A stretch of 25,480 nt of DNA from an uncultured Candidatus Saccharibacteria bacterium. GTDB lineage: Bacteria > Patescibacteriota > Minisyncoccia > Phycocordibacterales > Zambryskibacteraceae. The notes under the pieces were generated by a model. The model searched no databases. It was not told where the DNA came from and was given only the letters and a program-made list of their open reading frames with translations. A program made the position numbers and the translations under genes. Every line of letters begins with the position of its first letter. Position 1 is the first letter of the stretch. Positions 17,334 to 25,444 of this stretch are shown piece by piece. The stretch is taken from NCBI GenBank assembly GCA_964357345.1, contig CAYHKS010000002.1, positions 1 to 25,480 of the forward strand, written 5' to 3'.

Positions 17334-17576
17334 TTAAAGAACTTTAAAGTAGTCAAGAAGGAAATATCGCGTGATAAAAGTACTACCGATGACCACCGTA
17401 CTCGAAATAATAGTTGGAATACCAAAGATATCGATAAGGAGGTACAGAAGAGCGATATTAAGAACAGATATAAAAATACTTGTCCATGTATAGTGGACAA
17501 ATTTTTTATCGAGGAAGAGACGTCCAATCTTGTTACGCCTTAAACGTTCAATCAATTGCCCAAAAAAGACCTTCAT
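17334..17576 (-). CDS. Half-size GtrA-like membrane protein (2 TM)
   Basis: 80 aa. KFVHY...SVLNIALLYLLIDIFGI...SSTVV...RYFL matches one GtrA helical hairpin (compare RYVISGG...TNLLTLFVLVEYFHL in 19810..21078). Lies directly upstream of the GtrB-like gene. Confidence 0.65.
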   Translation of the reverse strand: MKVFFGQLIERLRRNKIGRLFLDKKFVHYTWTSIFISVLNIALLYLLIDIFGIPTIISSTVVIGSTFITRYFLLDYFKVL

Positions 17577-17599
17577 AGTATGTTAGATTACTATAACAT
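17577..17599. promoter_or_regulatory. Putative bidirectional extended -10 promoter in a 23-bp divergent gap
   Basis: Plus strand TG-T-TAGATT (17581-17589) and minus strand TG-T-TATAGT. These form the inverted repeat ATGTTA (17580-85) / TAACAT (17594-99). Confidence 0.45.
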
Positions 17600-18313
17600 A
17601 TGGACATTATCATCACCCCAACCTATAACGAACGGCAGAACATCCGTATCTTGGTCGACAAGTTATTCGCTCTCTATCCCACTATCCATATCTTAGTTGT
17701 AGATGACAATTCCCCTGATGGAACTGCCGAAGTTGTCAATGAACTACAAAAGAAACACCCTAATCTTCATCTCAAACAAAGATCTGGTAAACTCGGCCTT
17801 GCAAGTGCATATCTTGGTGCATTCAAAGATGTGCTGAAAGAATATCCTGAAGTCCGTTCTATCATAACTATGGACGCCGACCTTTCACATGACCCAGCCG
17901 TAGTTAGTCAGATGCTTAAAGAAATCAATAACTATGACCTAGTATTAGGCTCACGCTACATCAAAGGTGGTGGGGTAACGGACTGGGAATTATGGCGAAG
18001 AATACTTTCCCGTGGGGGCAACTTCTATGCGCGCCTTATAACGAGATCTTCGATTAAAGATTTAACTACTGGTTTTCATTGTTATAAAAAAAGCCTTTTG
18101 AATCGCTATGACATCGATGATATTAACGGACAAGGGTTCGCCTTCCTTATAGAAATGAAAATCATTGCTGAAAAATTTGGGGCGAAAATAAAGGAGATTC
18201 CCATCATTTTCCCAGGAAGGACCAACGGTCAATCTAAACTCAACAACAACATAATCTACGAGGGACTAATCATGCCGTGGAAAATATATTTTTCTTCAAA
18301 AAGAAAGGGTTGA
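17600..18313 (+). CDS. DPM1/Ppm1-like polyprenol-monophosphate sugar synthase (soluble GT2)
   Basis: IITPTYNERQNI, VVDDNSPDGT, R-x-GKLGLASAY, MDADLSHDP, GSRYIKGG, DLTTGF and R-x-x-G-x-SKL. No TM segment. Confidence 0.93.
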   Translation: MDIIITPTYNERQNIRILVDKLFALYPTIHILVVDDNSPDGTAEVVNELQKKHPNLHLKQRSGKLGLASAYLGAFKDVLKEYPEVRSIITMDADLSHDPAVVSQMLKEINNYDLVLGSRYIKGGGVTDWELWRRILSRGGNFYARLITRSSIKDLTTGFHCYKKSLLNRYDIDDINGQGFAFLIEMKIIAEKFGAKIKEIPIIFPGRTNGQSKLNNNIIYEGLIMPWKIYFSSKRKG

Positions 18314-18322
18314 TATCAAGTT

Positions 18323-19813
18323 CTATTTTGGAAGCTTATATATATTAAAACGTCCATCATCATATTCTGGTTTAACTCCACGCATAAATTTTGGTAAGAG
18401 CTCTGAATCCTTTGTTGAGTCCACAACAAAGTAGTCCAAACGCAAATTATTGAGATCTTCAATCGTTAAACTTCCCGGATTAAGAGAGAGAAGGCGTTTC
18501 ATCTCTAGTTCCTCTGAAGGAATATTGTGAAGCTGGGCTCCATGGAAAAAGAATGGGTAGTGTTTAGTCATAATTGAAACATATTCAGAAATAGACTGGT
18601 TCGCAAAAATCACTGACTCTTCTTTTACATTTTCATCAAGCCATTTAAGAGGTTGAGCATAACTTTGGACGAAGGCTACTTTATCCGTATCACGATTATC
18701 AAATTTGAAGAAACCGACTCCGCGCACAACATTTCTCCCCACTCCGATAAACATGATAATAATTAGTGTCGTAGCCGCAATCAAACGGAGCTTACTCAAA
18801 GAAAGTCTCGCAGAATACCACTCATATATCAAGAAACCAAAAATCATGAACATCCACAAAATAACAAACCGTCCGATATGAACAGCAAGTTGAAGCTCCA
18901 CACCAGTAATGACATTAAGACCTAGCCCGATTAGCAGTGCCACTCCGGTAGCAAACCAAAAGAGACTGTATTTTCGCAACACTATTAGTGTGGCCAAAGC
19001 CACGACAATCCATCTGCCATAATAGAATACTTCCACTGAGGGGATATGCGTATAAATGAGACCTATACGACTTAACGTCTCAAGATAGTATGGGCTCCCA
19101 ATCTGAAAAATAGTATAGATGCCAAAAGGGATAAGCATTAAGCCGGAATACACTGCCACCTTAAATAAAGCTCGTAGTTCTAAATAACGCTTCGTTGCTA
19201 GAAACCAAAAGAAAACGAGAACTAAGGATAAAAATACTATGTATGAGAGGTAGGTGTAGGCGTAAAAGGTCATGGCCGAAACAAAAGACAACCAGATTAT
19301 TTTTTTTCTTGCTGTCGGCTCTTTGAGAAACTCAATAAACACAATCAAAAACGTAAGGAATAGTGGATATATAAGTTGCATAATCGTGGGTCGCAATATA
19401 AATGAGTATGCTGTTATATATAAAACTACAGATTGCACAAACGCCCATTTCCTCTCAAACTTAAGTTGCTCAAATAATCTAAAAGCTAAAATGAGAAAAA
19501 CAAAACTCCAAATAAACATATTGAAAGCGATACTAATATCAAATGGTATGCCCAATATCAATGGCACCGCAGAAATTATATCCGGGATAAAGAAAGCGGG
19601 AGAATAAGTATTACGATATTCATAAGCATAAGGATTTCCTATAAGTAAATGTCCGTCCTTCACTTCTTTCATGCGAGTGTAGTAATACAAACTATCAGTC
19701 GTGCCCCTAGGTAGAACCCCTTGCCAAGCTTGTGGCCCGCCGGCTTTGTATATTACAAAAACACTAGGGATAACTGTTGCCACTAAGGCGATAAGTATGA
19801 AAAGTTTCTTCAT
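18323..19813 (-). CDS. Multi-pass membrane protein, putative GT-C glycosyltransferase; paralog of 13078..14820
   Basis: Acidic loop motif TDSLYY (GT-C-like D after TM1), RMKEVKDGH, many TM segments and a C-terminal WLDENVKEESVIFAN domain. Confidence 0.55.
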   Translation of the reverse strand: MKKLFILIALVATVIPSVFVIYKAGGPQAWQGVLPRGTTDSLYYYTRMKEVKDGHLLIGNPYAYEYRNTYSPAFFIPDIISAVPLILGIPFDISIAFNMFIWSFVFLILAFRLFEQLKFERKWAFVQSVVLYITAYSFILRPTIMQLIYPLFLTFLIVFIEFLKEPTARKKIIWLSFVSAMTFYAYTYLSYIVFLSLVLVFFWFLATKRYLELRALFKVAVYSGLMLIPFGIYTIFQIGSPYYLETLSRIGLIYTHIPSVEVFYYGRWIVVALATLIVLRKYSLFWFATGVALLIGLGLNVITGVELQLAVHIGRFVILWMFMIFGFLIYEWYSARLSLSKLRLIAATTLIIIMFIGVGRNVVRGVGFFKFDNRDTDKVAFVQSYAQPLKWLDENVKEESVIFANQSISEYVSIMTKHYPFFFHGAQLHNIPSEELEMKRLLSLNPGSLTIEDLNNLRLDYFVVDSTKDSELLPKFMRGVKPEYDDGRFNIYKLPK

Positions 19814-21078
19814 TGTTTTTTTGCAATGATAAAAAAATTGTCATGAAGATTAATGGGAATCTTTAACTTAGACAATCTTCCTTTGTTAGTAACACGTGCC
19901 AAATAATTCCATAGCGATAACCTCTGCCAGCGAAAAAGAGTTTGAAAAATATATGGAAGACTGAATCTCTTTCCTATATTGGTCGACATTATTGTAGTCA
20001 GACCAAGTCGAGTTAAAAGTTCTTTAAAATTACTACGATTAAACAAGATAAGATGCTCGGGTGGCACGACGAGTTGCCATTTAGAACCCCAAATACGCGC
20101 CCAAATACTTCCAGCATCAGGACTTGTTACAACAACAACCCCCCCGCCTTTCAATAATTTTCTAACTTCTGTAAGTACCGGCTTCGGATCTTTCAAATGT
20201 TCTACTACATCAAGGAGAGTAACAACATCAAAACTTTTTTCCGGAAAGCTTACGTTCTCTAAAGTGCCAGTTTTAATTGACAATCCCTTAGCACGGCCAA
20301 CCTCTGCTGCATATTCCGAAATCTCGATACCCTCTACTTCCCAACCATGATTTTTGGCAACCTCCATAAAAAACCCTGTCGCACAACCAATGTCCAGGAG
20401 CCTCCCCTTGCGCCCAATCACTCGCTCAATGTGCTTCAAATATAACTCGAAAGTCTCATGCATCGGCTCTTTGTCGCGATCATAGTTTGTGTAACCATGC
20501 TCATTGCCTCCAACAAAATAACTTTTGTCATATATCGAATTAGTACTCTCAGGAATCATGGATACAAAAACAGCATTGCAACCCTTGCACGAGACAAGTG
20601 TGTAACCATCTTTTTCTCCCCATTTTTTGCTTTTTACTGAGTCACATGAGGGGCATAGAGTATTTTCATAATTAATATCTGTACTAAAAACCATGTTCTT
20701 AAAGAGGAAGAAACTGTATACAGCAATGCCTCCGGCAATAATAATTTGTGATAATAGATAGTGAATATAAAAGACATCTACGAATATATACATAAACAGA
20801 GCATTGATTAAAAGGTTACAAATTTGGATTACAAAATAGATACCACTCTGTTTTTTAGTTTTACCTTTCGAGTAATCAGTAAATGTAAAGAACTTCTGCA
20901 TCGTAAAGCTCACCCCAAACGCAAAGAAAAATGCAAGTACAGTGGCAAAAAGATACCAGAGATGAAAGTACTCTACCAGAACAAAAAGCGTAAGAAGATT
21001 TGTGACTGCTCCCAGCCCTCCGGAAATCACATACCGCAAGGGCTGCCATTTTGTAAGATTGTTAATGAGAGCTTTCAT
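19810..21078 (-). CDS. Fusion of a GtrA-like domain (aa ~1-132) and a Zn-ribbon class I SAM methyltransferase
   Basis: Four-TM GtrA (RYVISGG...SFTMQKFFTF...KQSGIYF), then CPSC...CKGC, LLDIGCATGFF, GIEIS and FDVVTLLDVVEHL. Confidence 0.9.
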   Translation of the reverse strand: MKALINNLTKWQPLRYVISGGLGAVTNLLTLFVLVEYFHLWYLFATVLAFFFAFGVSFTMQKFFTFTDYSKGKTKKQSGIYFVIQICNLLINALFMYIFVDVFYIHYLLSQIIIAGGIAVYSFFLFKNMVFSTDINYENTLCPSCDSVKSKKWGEKDGYTLVSCKGCNAVFVSMIPESTNSIYDKSYFVGGNEHGYTNYDRDKEPMHETFELYLKHIERVIGRKGRLLDIGCATGFFMEVAKNHGWEVEGIEISEYAAEVGRAKGLSIKTGTLENVSFPEKSFDVVTLLDVVEHLKDPKPVLTEVRKLLKGGGVVVVTSPDAGSIWARIWGSKWQLVVPPEHLILFNRSNFKELLTRLGLTTIMSTNIGKRFSLPYIFQTLFRWQRLSLWNYLARVTNKGRLSKLKIPINLHDNFFIIAKKQ

Positions 21079-22186
21079 TCTTTTTTAAATCTACAATCAA
21101 TATATCAATCTCTTTTTCTACCATCTCTGAAGTAATAGAGAGTGTTTGCCGTAAAGCCTCTGCCTTGTCGTATGACTTAGCATTAAGAACATATAGCTCC
21201 GGGCGGCTCCTTTTTGGTGGAACCACATTCCTATGCATTTCCCCTCTTGGAGGTTGTTCATTTTCATCTATTGGACCAGTTATGTCTATAGTGGGAATAC
21301 CGAACGCCTCAGCTATGTATATTGGACCCGTATCAACAGAGATAAACATATCAAGTTTGGACACAAAAGCCTTAAGTTCATCTATGTTAAAGTCAGTAGT
21401 TATGACTACTTCCTTTTGTGAGCCCATCAAACTGACAACGTTATTAACTTTTTGACCATCCTTGGGTCCACCCACAATAATGACCTTGGCATGATATTTT
21501 GTGATTAAATAATCAGCAACTTTAGCAAACCTTTCTTCCGGCCACTCCTTTATTTTATGCCCTGCAGTTGGTGTTATACCAACAATAAAATCACTACTAA
21601 AATTTATACCATGGGTAGTAAAAAACTGGTCCACTTTCTTGCTCGCGGATTCCGAAAATCCCAAACGTTTAGTCGTATCATCTGTAACCACGCCAAGTGG
21701 TTCAAGACACCGCAAACGTTCCCGGGGAGCATACTTTCCAATGTGGTATGAATAGGTTTTTATGAATTTCTTTAGCAACATATATGGCCGAGTATTTTGG
21801 GGAGAAATTCCGCCAAGAACTTCTGGGGCTACTATCATAGGAATACCAGCCAAATACAGCGGGGCAGTCGATTCGAATGAGGGTCCTGTTAAAAGAGCCA
21901 CATCAGCTTTAACGTTATTGAGATAATACTCATCAACTAAGTCACTGTCCGCAAGAAGAGGCTTGAGAAGATTATAATTTTCTCCAGCTACGATGATGTG
22001 CGCATTAGGAAAGTATCTACGTAAAGCAACCAGAACTGGAGTGGCGCAAACTATGTCCCCAAGCTTGCCAGCTGGTACCACAATAATCCTAGAAATATTT
22101 TTAGGAAGTTTATTGGCTTTTCCATAAAAAAGTGCTCTGATTATACAGCGTGCAAGAAACCAAATGTTATTGATTCTTTTACTCAT
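21062..22186 (-). CDS. GT9 family glycosyltransferase (heptosyltransferase-like)
   Basis: GKLGDIVCATPVL-x-ALR-x-x-FPNA, K-x-WPEERF, IIVGGP and FISVDTGPIYIAEAFGIPT. Confidence 0.9.
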   Translation of the reverse strand: MSKRINNIWFLARCIIRALFYGKANKLPKNISRIIVVPAGKLGDIVCATPVLVALRRYFPNAHIIVAGENYNLLKPLLADSDLVDEYYLNNVKADVALLTGPSFESTAPLYLAGIPMIVAPEVLGGISPQNTRPYMLLKKFIKTYSYHIGKYAPRERLRCLEPLGVVTDDTTKRLGFSESASKKVDQFFTTHGINFSSDFIVGITPTAGHKIKEWPEERFAKVADYLITKYHAKVIIVGGPKDGQKVNNVVSLMGSQKEVVITTDFNIDELKAFVSKLDMFISVDTGPIYIAEAFGIPTIDITGPIDENEQPPRGEMHRNVVPPKRSRPELYVLNAKSYDKAEALRQTLSITSEMVEKEIDILIVDLKKNESSH

Positions 22187-23288
22187 GATTTATGAATTCA
22201 ATAATTCTACTAGCTCTTTTATACCAGGTATAATTCTTGGCATGCTCGCTTGCACACTGCGCGCGCTGTAAAGCTTTTTCTTTATTCTGTAGCACTTGCC
22301 GAATAGTATCCGCAAGCGCTTTGGGATCATCGGGATTCACAAAATACGTCATTGATTCATCGAGAACTTCCCTGAAGGTTGGTAGGTCAGACACAACAAT
22401 TGGCACCCCAGAAGCCATGTGCGCAAAAAGTTTTAAAGGAGATGTGTATGTACGAGATATCTCTGAATGACCGGAATTTGGTATGACGAGTACATCAGCT
22501 GCCCGTTGATTTTTTGATAAATCTGCATAAGGCAAGAAGCCTGTAAATATCACTTGGGGGTAACGAGACTTGAGCTTTTCAGCTTGGTCACCAAAACCAC
22601 CAATTATTACTACGCGTATATTATCGTCTATAAGTTGCACTGAAGCATCTAAGAGAGTTTGATACCCTTTCCATGGGTCCAGTAGGCCTATATACATCAC
22701 TAGATATGGCTCTAGTGGAAGCCCAAGACGTACTCGAGCTTCTTCCTTACTGATTTTCTCGTCAAAAAATTGCTGACTCAAACCATCTGGCGCCACATGT
22801 ATTTTATTCCCAGGAACTCCACGTTGTATGAAGTAATTTTTCGTTCCTTGAGTAAGAGTGACGATCCCTTGTACTCGCCGAACCAAGAGTCGTTCGGGTA
22901 AATTCCATGATCCACCATGGGCCTCCCAAATAACACGCGGGTGCCAGTATGTTAGCCAGAGTAGCGGAAACTCATCTCTTCCATAAATTATATCTGGTTT
23001 AAAAGACCGCACACAACGCAATACTGAAAGGGTAAACCAAAGGTTACTCAAAAAAAAACCGAGTTTCCCAAGCCAGAGAGGATCAGGAGTTGAAATTTTT
23101 TCTAGGGAGAAATTTTTTTCTATCTGATAATATTTAAATGCATCAATCGTAATGGTATTTTTTCTCGTGGGCACACAAAGTGTCACTTCGTGTCCACATG
23201 CTGCAAAGGCCTGACACGTACTCATAATTTGAGCCCCATGAGCCCGTTCCGTTGGAACCCGAATGTTCGCTATGTAAAGAATTTTCAT
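22179..23288 (-). CDS. GT4 family glycosyltransferase
   Basis: MKILYIAN, GHEVTL, YIGLL-x-x-WKG, ADVLVIP and SPLKLFAHMASGVPIV-x-SDLP. Confidence 0.92.
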   Translation of the reverse strand: MKILYIANIRVPTERAHGAQIMSTCQAFAACGHEVTLCVPTRKNTITIDAFKYYQIEKNFSLEKISTPDPLWLGKLGFFLSNLWFTLSVLRCVRSFKPDIIYGRDEFPLLWLTYWHPRVIWEAHGGSWNLPERLLVRRVQGIVTLTQGTKNYFIQRGVPGNKIHVAPDGLSQQFFDEKISKEEARVRLGLPLEPYLVMYIGLLDPWKGYQTLLDASVQLIDDNIRVVIIGGFGDQAEKLKSRYPQVIFTGFLPYADLSKNQRAADVLVIPNSGHSEISRTYTSPLKLFAHMASGVPIVVSDLPTFREVLDESMTYFVNPDDPKALADTIRQVLQNKEKALQRAQCASEHAKNYTWYKRASRIIEFINHE

Positions 23289-23851
23289 TGATCATCGACC
23301 ATAGCAACGCAAGCTAAGTTCGGATTCTGCAACCTAAATATGACAGGCAAATATTTCAAAAAGACATTGTGACTTGCGGCAGTATAGAGATTATAGAACC
23401 GGCACGCAAATCCTATCCTATTCAAGCTATATTCCAAACTTTCTTTATCCCACAAAAAATAGTGCTTGCCGTGCTCGGGATTATAAACTCTTGCCTCATT
23501 ATTAAAACCGAAACGATTTGGAACGATAATAAGAATCCTCCCGTGACGGTTCAGATTTTTTTTAATGTTAGTAAGTAAGCCAAGTGGATTTTTGACATGC
23601 TCTAACACCTGATTTAATATCACAAGATCAAAACTGTCAGCTATATTCAGATTTTCAATATCTTGTTTGATAAACTCAATTTTTTTATCTAGTTTTTCTG
23701 GTCGATTAAAAAAATCAATCGCTACGATTTTATTCAGATAACTAAACTTTGACGCAATCGCATTTATCAATTCACCAGAACCGCAACCAAGCTCTAGAAC
23801 AGAAGCCTTGTTTCTCAAATTGATAGCAGTGAGATGAAGTAAATTATCCAT
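23285..23851 (-). CDS. Class I SAM-dependent methyltransferase (compact)
   Basis: VLELGCGSG, VAIDF, FDLVILNQVLEHV-x-NP and G-x-ILIIVPN. Confidence 0.88.
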   Translation of the reverse strand: MDNLLHLTAINLRNKASVLELGCGSGELINAIASKFSYLNKIVAIDFFNRPEKLDKKIEFIKQDIENLNIADSFDLVILNQVLEHVKNPLGLLTNIKKNLNRHGRILIIVPNRFGFNNEARVYNPEHGKHYFLWDKESLEYSLNRIGFACRFYNLYTAASHNVFLKYLPVIFRLQNPNLACVAMVDDQ

Positions 23852-23884
23852 TTTATTGTATTTCTTGATTGTAACTTATTATGG

Positions 23885-25444
23885 TCAGTTTGGCTTCTCT
23901 AAGACAATGATTATCGTCTTTAGGAAGACCCCGAAATGCACACCAGCTAACGCAAGGACCTTTTTCACTAAACTCTTGATGGCAGACTGACTCTTGGTAT
24001 CATGCACAATTCTTAGTCCTGTTCTTTTAGCCATTTTTCTCAAGGTAAAATAACTAATGAAATGTAAATTCCAATCTTCAAGGGGGCTCGACCCAGTCCA
24101 TCTAAGTATTCTTGAAGTAAGTGACCGAGGCAACCAGCTTATAAACCAGAGCCCTGTGTGACTTTCTTTTGGGGCATACTTGTTTGGAAATGATAAATAA
24201 AATTTTCCACCTGGCCTTAGAGTACGAGCTATTTCCGAAATAACACTTCCCGGATATGACATGTGTTCGAGCACACTGGTAGAATAGCAGTAGTCAAAAG
24301 TCTCATCGGGAAATGGAAAGGATCTGCCATCATATATGACTAGCTCTGCCTTTAGATGATTGTCTCTAAAACGCCTTTCTGCTAAACCTAAAAGCGCGCT
24401 CTCTGTCTCAAGCCCGTATGTTTCTGCCCCAACTTTAGCAAATTCTAAAAGCATGATTCCATTTCCAAACCCAACATCGAGAATCTTTTTACCTCTCGGA
24501 TTTCCAACATCGCTAATAAAATCATCGATGAAAGCTTTGGCACTCTTTTCTTTTTTCATCCAGTCTCTAACAAATTTTTCTTTCTCATATATACTCCCAT
24601 GTGGAAGAAAGTTTTTTGTGTAGGCCCTAGCCGTTTTCTCAAATAACGACATCTTTTTAAGCACAAAGATGTGCTCTGATGAAATTCCACAATACTCAAA
24701 AATTTTCATAATTAAACCCAAACCAAACCCATATCCACTAAATGCAGGCCCACGAGCATGTGCGACTATTGAATACCCTGTCTCTCTAAAAAGCTCTTCC
24801 CATTTATTCCGCCCAAAAGCCACAAATTCCTTCGTATGGGTTGGAAAATTCCCATGGGGAGAAGGGATCAAGAATTTTTTTATTCGATTATCAACCCTTT
24901 TCGGATCTGTTTTCAGATTTATGTTATTTTCAAAATTTATGTTCTTTCCTCTAAAAAAAGCTTGTCCTTTGAACTTTCCTATTATTCTATCTATAACAAG
25001 AAAAAATAAATTTGGATAATATAAAACCAAATAAAATATCTTAATGTATCGACTTGGAACAATATGAACTGCATACCCATTATCTGTGAGCATGGGTTGG
25101 GTTTTTAGCAAAAAATCATAGGGATCTCTTAAATGTTCTAGTACATTTGAAGAAAAAATAAAATCGAATGAACTATCCCCAAAAACTCCTCCAATCGAAT
25201 CGGCATCGATAACTCTGTACTCGACACCGGGCACCTTTAGAGACTCTTTTATCCTTTTAAAATTTAAATCGGAGGAAATAAGTTTATTTATGTGTGAAGA
25301 CAGAAGAGCAGTCTGATAACCATCTCCGGCTCCAATCTCAAGACCTGACACAAATCGAGTCTCTGGTAGCATACCGAAAACCATGCCAACTTCCCTCTTG
25401 CGAATTGTGTGAAGATATCTAGTCCAATCTGTCTTGCCAATCAT
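23885..25444 (-). CDS. Tandem double class I SAM-dependent methyltransferase
   Basis: Domain 1: GLEIGAGDG, FDFIFSSNVLEHL. Domain 2: KILDVGFGNG, FDYCYSTSVLEHM, LRPGG. One frame of 519 aa. Confidence 0.9.
   Translation of the reverse strand: MIGKTDWTRYLHTIRKREVGMVFGMLPETRFVSGLEIGAGDGYQTALLSSHINKLISSDLNFKRIKESLKVPGVEYRVIDADSIGGVFGDSSFDFIFSSNVLEHLRDPYDFLLKTQPMLTDNGYAVHIVPSRYIKIFYLVLYYPNLFFLVIDRIIGKFKGQAFFRGKNINFENNINLKTDPKRVDNRIKKFLIPSPHGNFPTHTKEFVAFGRNKWEELFRETGYSIVAHARGPAFSGYGFGLGLIMKIFEYCGISSEHIFVLKKMSLFEKTARAYTKNFLPHGSIYEKEKFVRDWMKKEKSAKAFIDDFISDVGNPRGKKILDVGFGNGIMLLEFAKVGAETYGLETESALLGLAERRFRDNHLKAELVIYDGRSFPFPDETFDYCYSTSVLEHMSYPGSVISEIARTLRPGGKFYLSFPNKYAPKESHTGLWFISWLPRSLTSRILRWTGSSPLEDWNLHFISYFTLRKMAKRTGLRIVHDTKSQSAIKSLVKKVLALAGVHFGVFLKTIIIVLEKPN

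Noticed and set aside
23852-23884. Stop-codon readthrough joining the 519-aa and 188-aa methyltransferases, which are in the same frame
   Set aside because: Three in-frame stops (TGA, TAA, TAA) intervene.
583-25019. About 30 short alternative-frame ORFs from the track (e.g. 12174..12665 +, 19979..20350 +, 1689..2027 -, 24669..25019 +)
   Set aside because: All lie inside or opposite well-supported CDSs and show no recognisable motifs. They are treated as shadow ORFs.
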